Of a DNA stretch of 64,000 nt, positions 1 through 12,571 are shown one piece after another (within the stretch, counting starts at the first letter, position 1; each line of letters opens with the position of its first letter). The translations under genes and the position numbers were made by a program. The notes under the pieces are model-generated. The model had not been told where the DNA came from and did not search any database. It worked only from the letters and a program-made list of their open reading frames with translations. Origin of the DNA: Kiloniellaceae bacterium (GTDB lineage: Bacteria; Pseudomonadota; Alphaproteobacteria; Kiloniellales; J153). The stretch lies in assembly GCA_046758005.1 (NCBI GenBank), contig JBHHZJ010000003.1, positions 4,469-68,468 of the forward strand, written 5' to 3'.

Positions 1-232
1 CGCCCCGCTCGGCGCGCAACAGGTTGGAGATGGCCTTCAGCGTGGTCGTCTTGCCCGCCCCGTTGGCCCCGAGCAGGGCCACGATGCCGCCCTCGGGAAC
101 CTCGAGGGAGACCCCCTTCAAGACCAGGATCACGTGGTCGTAGATGACCTCGACGTTATTGAGCCGGAGCACCGGCGGCCGGTCGGGGCCGACCGCCGGC
201 TGCGTCCTGGCCGAAGCCAGAATCTCGCTCAC
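1..232 (-). CDS. ABC transporter ATP-binding protein, LivF-like (N-terminal part only; rest lies left of the window)
   Basis: Own reverse-complement translation from GTG at 230-232: VSEILASARTQPAVGPDRPPVLRLNNVEVIYDHVILVLKGVSLEVPEGGIVALLGANGAGKTTTLKAIS. Walker A is GANGAGKTT and AGGAG lies just upstream. Absent from the ORF track because the window edge truncates it. Confidence 0.8.
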   Translation of the reverse strand, partial: MSEILASARTQPAVGPDRPPVLRLNNVEVIYDHVILVLKGVSLEVPEGGIVALLGANGAGKTTTLKAISNLLRAERG

Positions 233-272
233 GGCTCCTGCCGGCCGCGCTTTATGCGTTGGCCGGGACCAA

Positions 273-1592
273 TCACGTGCAGTTGCGCGGCGCGATGTTG
301 TTTTCCTTGGCGTACTCCGCCGCGGCCTTTTCGATCATCGGCCGCACGACCGTGCGGATCGGCGACACCCAATCGCTGACGATGTTCCACTTCTCGCCAT
401 CCCATTGTTGAATAACGATGGGTCCGCTCGTTTCGTGGTCCTCGCAGCTGATCTTGATTGGCCGGAGCATGCCCTTCATGCCGAGTTGTTCGAGGCGTTC
501 CTCGGTGAGATTCAGGTTTTCCAGGCCCCAGCGAACCTGCTCGCCGGTCATCGGCTTGTTGCCGAACTTGGCCATGGCCGTGCGAATCGCCTCGACACCG
601 TACATGGCGTTCACCAAGGTGCGGTTGTACAGCACCTCGCCCAGATTGTTTCGCCTGGCCTCGGCTTCGTCACCGCCGTAGACGTACTTGATGATGTCCT
701 TGTGCACCTTCCATTTCGCCCCGGCGCCGTGGAAGGCAGCCGACTTGTATCCCTTCGCGCCGTCGCCGGCCGGAATCACGTCCGCATCCGAGCCCGACCA
801 CCAGTTGCCGACGAAGTGACCCATCGGGTAGTTGATCGACGCCGCTTCCTTGATGGCCACCTGGTTCATCACGCCCCAGCCCGACATGAAGATCCAGTCG
901 GGCCTGAGCCGGCGGATCTGCAGCCAGGTCGCCTTCTGCTCCTGGCCCGGGTGGTCGACGGCGAGCAGCGTCAGCTTATAGCCGTATTTCTCGGCCAGGG
1001 CCTTGAGCGTCGGGTTCGCTTCCTTGCCGTAGGCGCTGTTGTGGTAAATATGGGTGATCTTCTTGCCCTTGAGCTTGTCGAATCCGCCCTCCTGCTGGGC
1101 CACGTAATGAATGAAGGCCGAGGCCTGGCTCCAGTACGTGGTCGGGAAATTGAACACCCACGGGAAGAACCGCCCGTCGGCCGCGGCCGTGCGGCCGTAG
1201 CCCATCGACAGGATCGGTATCTTGTCCACCGGGGCCTTGGGGATGAGCTGATAGGTGATGCCGGTGCTGAAGGGGTTCACCAGCGAGGCGCCGGTCGGCC
1301 CCTTGTTTTTCAGCTTCTCGTAGCACTCGACGCCCAGCTTGGTGTTGTACTCGGTCTCGCACTCCTCGAAGGTGATCTTGACGCCGTTGATGCCCCCGTC
1401 GCGCTTGTTGATCAGCGTGTAGTAGTCGCGGAATCCGTTGGCCACGGGAATGCCGCTCGGCGCGTAGGGCCCGGTGCGATAGACGAGCATCGGGATGAAC
1501 TGCTCGTTCTGGGCGAGCGCCGCGCTGGCGCCCAACGCCGAAACGCCGAGTACCCCGGCGGCGGCGCCCAGGAACAAAGTCTTAAATTTCAT
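273..1592 (-). CDS. ABC transporter periplasmic substrate-binding protein, Leu/Ile/Val-binding (type I PBP) family
   Basis: ORF 273..1649. Start moved to the ATG at 1592, giving the signal peptide MKFKTLFLGAAAGVLGVSALGASAALA, with GGGAGGAC upstream. Lies in an operon with liv-type permeases and ATPases. Confidence 0.85.
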   Translation of the reverse strand: MKFKTLFLGAAAGVLGVSALGASAALAQNEQFIPMLVYRTGPYAPSGIPVANGFRDYYTLINKRDGGINGVKITFEECETEYNTKLGVECYEKLKNKGPTGASLVNPFSTGITYQLIPKAPVDKIPILSMGYGRTAAADGRFFPWVFNFPTTYWSQASAFIHYVAQQEGGFDKLKGKKITHIYHNSAYGKEANPTLKALAEKYGYKLTLLAVDHPGQEQKATWLQIRRLRPDWIFMSGWGVMNQVAIKEAASINYPMGHFVGNWWSGSDADVIPAGDGAKGYKSAAFHGAGAKWKVHKDIIKYVYGGDEAEARRNNLGEVLYNRTLVNAMYGVEAIRTAMAKFGNKPMTGEQVRWGLENLNLTEERLEQLGMKGMLRPIKISCEDHETSGPIVIQQWDGEKWNIVSDWVSPIRTVVRPMIEKAAAEYAKENNIAPRNCT

Positions 1593-1700
1593 ACTGTCCT
1601 CCCTGCATTGAAGGGTTCCGGCCGGTTCCGGCCTCTCTGACTGCGCCAATTTCTAGCATGGGCGCCGGAGCCTCGCAATTGCGCCCCGCGCCGGCCGGCG

Positions 1701-2777
1701 TCAGTAGGGGAACGGCCAAAGGCGAAGCTTCTCCTTCGCAATCTGCCACAGCCGCGCCAGGCCGTGCGGCTCGACGATCAGGAAGAAGATGATCAGTCCT
1801 CCGAAAATGATTACTTCGAGGTGCTTCTGAAGGTCGATCGGCATGGTGAGCCCGACGAGCGGCGGCGCATTGGTCAGGAACACGGGCACGAGCACGATGA
1901 AGGCCGCGCCCAGGAACGATCCCAGGATGCTGCCCAGCCCGCCGATAATGACCATGAACAGGACGTCGAAGGACACGAAGATGTCGAACGCCTCGGTCTC
2001 GGCGCTCCCCAGCCAGAGGAACACCATCATCGCCCCCGCCACCCCGCAGTAGAACGAGGAAATGGCGAAGGCGAGCAGTTTGGTCTGATAGGGGCGGATG
2101 CCGATGATCTCGGCCGCGATGTCCATGTCGCGGATCGCCATCCACGAGCGCCCCACGCGACCGCGCACCAGGTTCTTGGCCGCCAGCGCGAAGACGACGA
2201 GCAGGGTGAGCGCGACCACATAGCGGACCTCGGCCGTCGCCTCGGGCCCGGTGATCATGACGCCCAAGACCTCGCGCGGCGGCGCCGTGATCGTGCCCGA
2301 GGAGTTGTAGTTGACGAACCAGCCGACCTTGTTGAACAGCCAACTCAGGAAGAACTGCGCCGCCAGCGTGGCCACGGCCAGGTAGAAGCCCTTGATGCGC
2401 AGGCTGGGGATGCCGAAGACGAGACCGACCAGCGCCGCAATCAAACCGGCGAGCAGGAACACCACGAGAATATTGATTTCGGGGATGTTGGTCGTGATCT
2501 TGTAGGTCATGTAGCCGCCGACCGCCATGAATCCCCCGGTGCCGAGCGACAGCTGCCCGCAGTACCCCGTCAGCAGGTTGAGGCCGATCGCGGCGAGCGC
2601 GAAGATGAGCAACGGGATCAGGACCGCCTGGAGCCAGTACTCGTTGGCGATCGCCGGGACGACGACGTAGGCGGCCACGATAACCAGGACCACGAACCAT
2701 CGGTCCTGCATGATCGGAAAGACCATCTGGTCCTTGGCGTAGCTCGTCTTGAACTGGCCGGCTTCGCGATAGATCAT
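1701..2777 (-). CDS. Branched-chain amino acid-type ABC transporter permease, LivM-like
   Basis: 358-aa polytopic membrane protein (many hydrophobic helices, e.g. GLNLLTGYCGQLSLG). Position within the liv-type operon. Confidence 0.85.
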   Translation of the reverse strand: MIYREAGQFKTSYAKDQMVFPIMQDRWFVVLVIVAAYVVVPAIANEYWLQAVLIPLLIFALAAIGLNLLTGYCGQLSLGTGGFMAVGGYMTYKITTNIPEINILVVFLLAGLIAALVGLVFGIPSLRIKGFYLAVATLAAQFFLSWLFNKVGWFVNYNSSGTITAPPREVLGVMITGPEATAEVRYVVALTLLVVFALAAKNLVRGRVGRSWMAIRDMDIAAEIIGIRPYQTKLLAFAISSFYCGVAGAMMVFLWLGSAETEAFDIFVSFDVLFMVIIGGLGSILGSFLGAAFIVLVPVFLTNAPPLVGLTMPIDLQKHLEVIIFGGLIIFFLIVEPHGLARLWQIAKEKLRLWPFPY

Positions 2778-2789
2778 GCTCGAAGCCTC

Positions 2790-3719
2790 CTAGACTCTCT
2801 CGATGATCCGTTCGCCGAACAGGCCCTGCGGGCGGAACACCAGGAACACGAGCGCAAGCATGTAGGCGAACCAGTTCTCGATCGCGCCGCCGAACAGCGG
2901 GCCCCAATAGATCTCGGCGATCTTCTCGCCGACCCCGATGATCAGCCCGCCGACGATCGCACCCGGCACCGAGGTGAAGCCGCCCAGGATCAGGACCGGC
3001 AGCGCCTTGAGCGCGATCAGCGAGAGGCTGAACTGGACGCCGCTCTTGGCGCCCCACATGATGCCCGCGACCAGCCCGACCACGCCGGCCACCGACCACA
3101 CGATGACCCAGATGGTCTTCAGCGGAATGCCCACCGCGAGCGCCGCCTGATGGTCGTCGGCGACCGCGCGCAGCGCCCTGCCGATGCGCGTGTAATGGAA
3201 GAACACCGCCAGCACCGTGACCAGCACGGCCCCGGAGACCGCGGCGAACAGGTCGAACTCGTTGAGCAGGATGCCCGAGACTTCGAAGGATTCGTTGGGG
3301 ATGCCCACATCGAGGGCCTTGACGTTGCTGCCCCACACGGTCTCACCCAGGCCCTGGAGCACGAACGTCAGGCCGATCGTCGCCATGAACAGGATGATGT
3401 CCGGCTGGTTGACCAAGGGGCGCAGCATGACCCGCTCGACGACGAAGGCGAGCCCGACCATGACCGCCACCGTGATGATGAGCGCCAGCCATGCCGGCGC
3501 GCCGTGCTCCATCAGGCCGACCAGGGTGAGCGCGGCGAACAGCACCATGACGCCCTGGGCGAAGTTGAACACGCCGGAGGCCTTGAAGATGAGCACGAAA
3601 CCGAGCGCCACCAGCGAATACATGATCCCGGTCAGCAGACCGCCGATCACGACCTCGGCGAAGAAGACGGGCGAATCCGCCATGTCCAGGAACGGCGCGA
3701 TGAGAAAGTCGTACAGCAT
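2790..3719 (-). CDS. Branched-chain amino acid-type ABC transporter permease, LivH-like
   Basis: 309-aa polytopic membrane protein (GLLTGIMYSLVALGFVLIFKASGVFNFAQG is a typical LivH N-terminus). Confidence 0.85.
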   Translation of the reverse strand: MLYDFLIAPFLDMADSPVFFAEVVIGGLLTGIMYSLVALGFVLIFKASGVFNFAQGVMVLFAALTLVGLMEHGAPAWLALIITVAVMVGLAFVVERVMLRPLVNQPDIILFMATIGLTFVLQGLGETVWGSNVKALDVGIPNESFEVSGILLNEFDLFAAVSGAVLVTVLAVFFHYTRIGRALRAVADDHQAALAVGIPLKTIWVIVWSVAGVVGLVAGIMWGAKSGVQFSLSLIALKALPVLILGGFTSVPGAIVGGLIIGVGEKIAEIYWGPLFGGAIENWFAYMLALVFLVFRPQGLFGERIIERV

Positions 3720-3760
3720 GCCCCGGGTTCTCTATTGCCTGAGCCTGGCGCGGCGCGGCC

Positions 3761-4552
3761 TCAGTGGCCGACGCCGAGATAGGCCTCGATCACGCCCGGG
3801 TCGCGGCGCACCACGTCGGGCAGGCCGTCGGCGATCTTGCGCCCGTAGTCGAGCACCACGACCCGGTCCGAGATGTCCATGACCACGCCCATGTCGTGCT
3901 CGATCAAGGCGATGGTGGTGCCGAACTCGTCGTTCACGTCCAGGATGAACCGGCACATGTCCTCCTTCTCTTCCACGTTCATCCCGGCCATCGGCTCGTC
4001 GAGAAGCAGCAGCTCGGGTTCGGCGGCCAGCGCCCGGCCGAGCTCGACCCGCTTCTGCAGGCCGTAGGGCAGGCGCCCGACCGGCGTCTTGCGGATCGCC
4101 TGGATCTCCAGGAAGTCGATGATCCGCTCCACCGCTTCGCGGTGCTCGATCTCCTCCCTCTGCGCCGGACCCCAATAGAGCGCCTGCCAGAGGAAGTTGC
4201 GGCGCATCTTCAAGATCCGCCCGGTCATGATGTTGTCGAGCGTGCTCATGCCCTTGAACAGGGCGATGTTCTGGAACGTGCGCGCGATCCCCGACTTCGC
4301 GGCGACGTGCGGGCGCATCTGCCTGCGCGTCTGGCCCCTGTACGTGATCGCGCCTTCCTGGGGGTGGTAGAAGCCGTTGATCACGTTGAGCATGGAGCTC
4401 TTGCCGGCGCCGTTCGGGCCGATGATCGCCAGGACCTCGTGCTCCTTGATATCGAAGCTGATATCGGAGAGCGCCTTGATCCCGCCGAAGGAGAGGCTGA
4501 CGCCCTCGACCTTGAGCAGGGTGTCGCCGACCTTCTTCTGCCCCTGGGCCAT
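3761..4552 (-). CDS. ABC transporter ATP-binding protein, LivG-like
   Basis: Walker A GPNGAGKSS, Walker B LLLLDEPMAGM, H-loop IEHDM. Confidence 0.85.
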   Translation of the reverse strand: MAQGQKKVGDTLLKVEGVSLSFGGIKALSDISFDIKEHEVLAIIGPNGAGKSSMLNVINGFYHPQEGAITYRGQTRRQMRPHVAAKSGIARTFQNIALFKGMSTLDNIMTGRILKMRRNFLWQALYWGPAQREEIEHREAVERIIDFLEIQAIRKTPVGRLPYGLQKRVELGRALAAEPELLLLDEPMAGMNVEEKEDMCRFILDVNDEFGTTIALIEHDMGVVMDISDRVVVLDYGRKIADGLPDVVRRDPGVIEAYLGVGH

Positions 4553-4564
4553 GGGCGCGCGGTC

Positions 4565-6553
4565 TCAGCCCGCCTTCCTGAGCGGCTCGGCTTCACCGTA
4601 GGTCTCGGCCTCGAGGATCTGCAGGTCGGCCTTGATAAGCCCCTTGCGGCCGTCCTCGAAGGTCACCTCGGTCTCGACGTGCGCCTGATCGAGGTTGGAG
4701 TAAAGCGCCTCGATGAGGCTCGCGTACCTCTCGGCGACGAAGCCGCGGCGCACCTTGCGGGTGCGGGTCAGCTCCCCGTCGTCGGCGTCGAGCTCCTTAT
4801 GGAGCACGAGGAAGCGCTTGATCTGCGAGCCGGCGAGCTGCGGGTCCGCGCTCAGGTCGCGGTTGACCTTCTCGACATGGCCCTTGACGATCTCGAGCAC
4901 CTCCGGGCGGGTGGCCAGATCCTGGTAGCTGGCGTAAGCCATGTTGTTGCGCTCGGCCCAGTTGCCCACGGCCTCCAGGTCGATGGTGACGAAGGCGGCG
5001 CAATAGTCGCGTTGATGGCCGAAGGCGACCGCCTCCTTGATGTCGGGGAAGAATTTCAGCTTGTTCTCGATGTACTTGGGGGCGAACAGGCAGCCGTTGT
5101 TCAGCCGGCCCACGTCCTTGGCCCGGTCGATGATCTTGAGGTGGCCGTTCTCGTTGAGGTAGCCGGCGTCGCCCGTGTGCACCCAGCCGTCGGCGGTCTT
5201 CGTCTTCGCCGTGCCCTCGGCGTTCTTGTAGTACTCGACGAAGACGCCGGGGCTGCGGAACATGACCTCGCCGTCCTCGGCGATCCTGATTTCCACCTCG
5301 GGCGCCGGGCGGCCGACGGTGTCGGGCAGGATCTCGCCGTCCGGCTGGATCGTGATGAAGACGCTCGCCTCGGTGCTGCCGTAGAGCTGCTTCAGGTTGA
5401 CCCCGATCGAGCGGTAGAAATCGAAGATGTCGGGCCCGATCGCCTCGCCGGCGGTGTAGGCCAGCCGGATGCGGCTGAATCCGAGCGTGTTGCGCAGCGG
5501 CCCGTAGACCAGCAGGTTGCCGAGGAAATAGAGGATTCGCTCGCCGAGCGACACCGGCTTGCGGTCGAGGACGCGCGTGCCGCAGCGCCGGGCGACGGCC
5601 ATGAAATAGTGGAACATCCGCCGCTTGATCCAGCCCGCGTCCTCCATGCGGATCATGACCGTGGTCAGGACGTTCTCGAAGATGCGCGGCGGGGCGAAGA
5701 AATAGGTGGGCCCGAGCTCGCGCAGGTCGTGCAGGACCGTGGCGCTCGATTCCGGGCAGCTCACGCAGAAGCCGCACACGTAGGACTGTCCGAAGGAGAA
5801 CAGGTGGTCGCCGACCCAGGCCACGGGCAGGTAGGCCATCACCTCGTCGTTCTCGCTCAGGTGCTCCAGCTCGATGCCGTTGGCCGCGGTGCGGATAAGG
5901 TTCTCGAAGCTCAGCACCACGCCCTTGGGCTGGCCGGTCGTGCCCGAAGTGTAGAGGATGATGGCGGTATCCGCGCCCTTGCCCCTGGCGACCGCGTCCT
6001 CGAAGAACCCGGGGTGCGCCCGGTCGAAGTCGCGGCCCTTGGCCTGGACCGTCTCGAAGGAATGCAGGAAGTCCTGGGTGTAGTGGCGCAGGCCGCGGCT
6101 GTCGTCGTAGACGATCTGCTCGAGCTTGGCGCAGCGCGCCTTGATCGACAGCATCTTGTCGACCTGTTCCTGGTCCTCGGCCATCACGAAGCGGACCTCG
6201 GCATGGTCCATGACGAAGGCCAGCTCGTCGGCCACGGAATCCTGATACAGCGGGACCGGGATCGCGCCTACGGCCTGGGCCGCGGTCATGGTCCAGTACA
6301 GGCGCGGCCGGTTGTCGCCGACGATCGCGATCTTGTCGCCGGCCTTCAGGCCCATCGCCGCCAGGCCGCAGGCGAGCGCGCGGACCTCCCGGGCGACCTC
6401 GGCCCAGGTCCAGGTCTGCCAGATGCCGTAGTCCTTCTCGCGGATCGCCGGGCGATGGCCGCGCCGCGTGGCCAGGTCGAGCAGCAGCTTGGGGAAGGTG
6501 TCGCACCCGGCGGGCGTCGCGCCAAGCGCCGCTGCCGCCCGTTGCGCGGTCAT
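4565..6553 (-). CDS. AMP-dependent acyl-CoA synthetase/ligase (long-chain-fatty-acid--CoA ligase-like)
   Basis: AMP-binding motif YTSGTTGQPKG and GWVHTGDAG. ORF 4565..6646 trimmed to the ATG at 6553 (MTAQRAAAALG). First gene of the ABC operon. Confidence 0.85.
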   Translation of the reverse strand: MTAQRAAAALGATPAGCDTFPKLLLDLATRRGHRPAIREKDYGIWQTWTWAEVAREVRALACGLAAMGLKAGDKIAIVGDNRPRLYWTMTAAQAVGAIPVPLYQDSVADELAFVMDHAEVRFVMAEDQEQVDKMLSIKARCAKLEQIVYDDSRGLRHYTQDFLHSFETVQAKGRDFDRAHPGFFEDAVARGKGADTAIILYTSGTTGQPKGVVLSFENLIRTAANGIELEHLSENDEVMAYLPVAWVGDHLFSFGQSYVCGFCVSCPESSATVLHDLRELGPTYFFAPPRIFENVLTTVMIRMEDAGWIKRRMFHYFMAVARRCGTRVLDRKPVSLGERILYFLGNLLVYGPLRNTLGFSRIRLAYTAGEAIGPDIFDFYRSIGVNLKQLYGSTEASVFITIQPDGEILPDTVGRPAPEVEIRIAEDGEVMFRSPGVFVEYYKNAEGTAKTKTADGWVHTGDAGYLNENGHLKIIDRAKDVGRLNNGCLFAPKYIENKLKFFPDIKEAVAFGHQRDYCAAFVTIDLEAVGNWAERNNMAYASYQDLATRPEVLEIVKGHVEKVNRDLSADPQLAGSQIKRFLVLHKELDADDGELTRTRKVRRGFVAERYASLIEALYSNLDQAHVETEVTFEDGRKGLIKADLQILEAETYGEAEPLRKAG

Positions 6554-6907
6554 CGCGCGCTCCACGCGCCGCGGGCGCGGCGCACCCGGATCAGGCACGC
6601 CGCCACCGCCGCAGGGCCAGCGGCCGCGCGGCGAGGGTCGCCGCAATCGTGAGCGCCTCTAACCGGTGCCAAGCACAACTCCCCGTCGTCCTGTTCTTCT
6701 TGGTCGTCCGTCCCGGTCGGTGAAACCCGGATGACGCCCGTAGGTAAGTCCAATCGCCGCACCGCGTCAAGCGCCGGGGTCGCAAGGACCCGTGCGTGGG
6801 CGCCGTTTCTCGACGCGGCTGGACTCCGCCTCCGAGATGGCTAATGTTGCGGCGCAACCCCACCGTGCGTGCGTGAGAACGTACCCGACAGCAGAAGGGC
6901 CCCCACC

Positions 6908-9592
<2,685 letters not shown>

Positions 9593-9735
9593 GGGACCGG
9601 CGGCGCTTGCCGGCCGGTCCGGGCGCGCTCGCCCCACGGGTGGACAGGCTGAGGTTTTCCGCGCCTTTCGGCGCCGCTGCGGGCATCACCCGAACGTGAT
9701 TCGCCTGTGACCAAGCCCCTTCGTATGGTCGGGTC

Positions 9736-10512
9736 ATGCGGTCTTACGCGCACTCGGCCGCACCGAGGGCGGCCGTCCTGGCCGCGGTGCTTCTTCTCTC
9801 GTTCGCGGCGCTCGTCTCCCCGTCCCACGCGGCCGCGCAGGCGGCGGCCAGCGGGCGCGCGCCGGTGGTGGTGGAGCTGTTCACCTCGCAGGGCTGCAAC
9901 ACGTGCCCGCCGGCCGACGAGCTCTTGATCGAACTGTCCGCCCGGCCGGACGTGGTCGCGCTGTCCCTGCACATCGACTACTGGGACTACATCGGCTGGA
10001 AGGACCCCTACGGCAGCCCGATGAATACGGAACGCCAGCGCCGCTACGCCGAGGCCCTGGGCCTGCGCTACGTGTTCACCCCGCAAATCATCGTCGATGG
10101 GCGGATCAACCTGGTCGGCTCGCGCCGGGACGAGGTGCTCGCCGCCATCGAAAAGGCGGCGGCACGGCGCAAGGCGCTGAGGCTCGGCTTCCTCCCCGCC
10201 GGCGGCGGAAAGGTCGTGATCCCGGCCGGCCACGCGCCCGACGAGGGCGCCACGGTCTGGCTCGCCGTCTATGACAAAGGCCACGTGACCGAGGTCAAGC
10301 GCGGCGAAAACGCCGGGCGCACGATCAGGAACGCCAACGTGGTGCGGAGCTTCGAGCGCCTGGGCACCTGGATGGGGGAGCGGCTGGAGATTCCCCTCGA
10401 TCTCACCGCCGCCGCGGCGCGCGGCCGTTACGGCTGCGCGGTCATCGTGCAGCAGGGGCGCAACGGCCCCATCCTCGGCGCCGCCGCCATGCGCCTCGAC
10501 AGCCTGGAATAG
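9736..10512 (+). CDS. DUF1223 family secreted thioredoxin-like protein
   Basis: Signal peptide followed by VVVELFTSQGCNTCPPADELL and the HIDYWDYIGWKDPY motif typical of DUF1223. Confidence 0.75.
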   Translation: MRSYAHSAAPRAAVLAAVLLLSFAALVSPSHAAAQAAASGRAPVVVELFTSQGCNTCPPADELLIELSARPDVVALSLHIDYWDYIGWKDPYGSPMNTERQRRYAEALGLRYVFTPQIIVDGRINLVGSRRDEVLAAIEKAAARRKALRLGFLPAGGGKVVIPAGHAPDEGATVWLAVYDKGHVTEVKRGENAGRTIRNANVVRSFERLGTWMGERLEIPLDLTAAAARGRYGCAVIVQQGRNGPILGAAAMRLDSLE

Positions 10513-10554
10513 TAGGGCCGGAGCCTCTAAATCCCGGCACCCCGGAGCAGGGGA

Positions 10555-12441
10555 TCACCCGGCCGCGGCGAAGCCGCGTTCGACCAGCATGGTCAGGCGC
10601 CGCCCAAACGCCGTGGGATCGGCCAGCGGTTCGCCCTCCAGGATGCGCGCCTGGTCGAGCAGGAGGCGCGCCGCCTCCTCGAGCAGCGAGGCGGCGCCCT
10701 CGCCCGCCCCGCCGTCGGAGCTCAGCTGGGCGGCGAGGCGTCGGATCAGCGAATGGCGCGGGTTGATCTCCAGGATGCGTTTGGAGACGCGGTCGAGCTG
10801 ACGGTGCTGCTTGAGCAGCCGCTCCAGGTGCATGTCGAGGTCGCCCTCGTCGGCGACCAGGCACACGGCGCTGTCGGTCAGGCGCTCGGAGGCGCGCACG
10901 TCCTTGACCTCGTCCTTGAGCGCCAGCTTGATGAAGGCGACGAGCGCGTCCACCCCCGCGGCCTCCGGCTGCGTCTCGGCCGCCGCCTCCTTTTCCTTGC
11001 CGCCGATCTTGGAGAGGTCGGCGCCGCCGCGCGTCACCGACTTGAACGGCTTGCCCTGGTAGTCCATGACCGCCGGGACCCAGAACTCGTCCACCGGGTC
11101 GGTCAGGAGCAGGACTTCGACGCCCTTGGCCGCGAAGCCCTCGAGCTGCGGGCTCTTGCGCACGGCCTCGGCGTCCTCGCCGCTGATGGTGTAGATGGCG
11201 TCCTGGCCTTCGGGCATGCGCGCCACGTACTCGGCGAGGCTGGTGAGCCCGCTGCCCCGCGTCGAGGCGAATCGCGCCAGCTCGAACAGCGTGTCGCGTC
11301 GGCCCGCGTCCTCGTACAGGCCTTCCTTGAGCACGGCGCCGAAGTTGTCCCAGAACCGGGCGTATTCCTCGGGCGCGTTGTCGGCCTTCTTCTTCAACTC
11401 GCCCAGCACCCTCTTGGCCACCGCGTTGCGGATCTTGGCCAGCATCGGGTTGTTCTGGAGCGCTTCGCGGCTGATGTTGAGCGGCAGGTCCTCGGTGTCG
11501 ATCACGCCGCGCAGGAAGCGCAGGTAGGGCGGCACCAGATCGGCGCAGTCGTCGGTGATGAACACCCGCTTGACGTAGAGCTTGACGCCGTGGCGCCGCT
11601 CCGGGTGAAACAGGTCGAAGGGCTTGGCCGAGGGGATGAAGAGCAGGCCCGTGTACTCGATGACGCCTTCGGCCTTGAAGTGGAGCCTGAGCCACGGGTC
11701 GTCGAAGGCGTGGCCGACGTGGTGGTAGAACTCCCTGCACTGCTCGTCGGTAACCTCCGCCTTAGGGCGCATCCACAGCGCCGAGGCGGTATTGAGCGTC
11801 TCCTCCTTGCCGTCCTCGGCCATGACGACGGGGATCGCGATGTGGTCCGAGTAGGTCTTGACGATGCCGCGCAGGCGCGCCGGGTCCAGGAACTCGTCCT
11901 CGCCCTTCTTCAGCTTCAGCACGATGCGGGTGCCGCGCGCGGGCGCGTCGTCGGCCTCGGCCACGGTGAATTCGCCCTTGCCGTCGGAGACCCAGCGCCA
12001 GCCCGTCTCCTCGCCGGCCTTGCGGCTGAGCACCTCGACGCGCGCGGCCACCATGAAGGCGGAATAGAACCCGACGCCGAACTGGCCGATCAGGCTGACC
12101 CGGTCGGGCTTTTGCTCGAGCTGCTGCACGAAGGCGGCGGTGCCGGAGCGGGCGATGGTGCCCAGCTGCTCGACGAGATCGTCCCGGTTCATGCCGATGC
12201 CGTTGTCGGCCACCGTCAGCGTCCGGTCCTTGGCGTCGGTGGCCAGGCGGATCCGGTACTCGGGGTCCCCGGCCACCAGCTCCGGCTGCGTCAGCGCCGC
12301 GTACCGGAGCCGGTCGCAGGCGTCCGAGGCGTTGGAGATCAGCTCGCGCAGGAAGATCTCCTTGTGGGAGTAGAGCGAGTTGGCGACGATGTCCAACAGT
12401 CGGCTGACCTCGGCCTGGAAGCTGAGCGTCTCTTCAGACAT
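10555..12441 (-). CDS. htpG: Molecular chaperone HtpG (Hsp90)
   Basis: MSEETLSFQAEVSRLLDIVANSLYSHKEIFLRELISNASDA plus GQFGVGFYSAF. The ATG at 12441 is preferred over the GTG at 12450 because GGAGAGG sits 8 nt upstream of the ATG. Confidence 0.95.
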   Translation of the reverse strand: MSEETLSFQAEVSRLLDIVANSLYSHKEIFLRELISNASDACDRLRYAALTQPELVAGDPEYRIRLATDAKDRTLTVADNGIGMNRDDLVEQLGTIARSGTAAFVQQLEQKPDRVSLIGQFGVGFYSAFMVAARVEVLSRKAGEETGWRWVSDGKGEFTVAEADDAPARGTRIVLKLKKGEDEFLDPARLRGIVKTYSDHIAIPVVMAEDGKEETLNTASALWMRPKAEVTDEQCREFYHHVGHAFDDPWLRLHFKAEGVIEYTGLLFIPSAKPFDLFHPERRHGVKLYVKRVFITDDCADLVPPYLRFLRGVIDTEDLPLNISREALQNNPMLAKIRNAVAKRVLGELKKKADNAPEEYARFWDNFGAVLKEGLYEDAGRRDTLFELARFASTRGSGLTSLAEYVARMPEGQDAIYTISGEDAEAVRKSPQLEGFAAKGVEVLLLTDPVDEFWVPAVMDYQGKPFKSVTRGGADLSKIGGKEKEAAAETQPEAAGVDALVAFIKLALKDEVKDVRASERLTDSAVCLVADEGDLDMHLERLLKQHRQLDRVSKRILEINPRHSLIRRLAAQLSSDGGAGEGAASLLEEAARLLLDQARILEGEPLADPTAFGRRLTMLVERGFAAAG

Positions 12442-12571
12442 GGTCGCCACCTCTCCGTTCGCTTCGGCCGATCCCGCCAGCGGTTAGGATTTCGATAAGC
12501 CGCGCCTGATATGTGGTAATAGAGGCGTTGCTGCAAGGCCCGGCCTGAGTCTTCGACGCCGGGAAACGCAA

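Noticed and set aside
3764-6652. 962-aa plus-strand ORF opposite livG-like and acyl-CoA ligase genes (likewise 6767..9637 opposite acnA, 13197..15452 opposite the helicase, 16442..18703, 51428..53983 and 58018..60030)
   Set aside because: All overlap confidently identified genes on the other strand and have shadow-frame composition.
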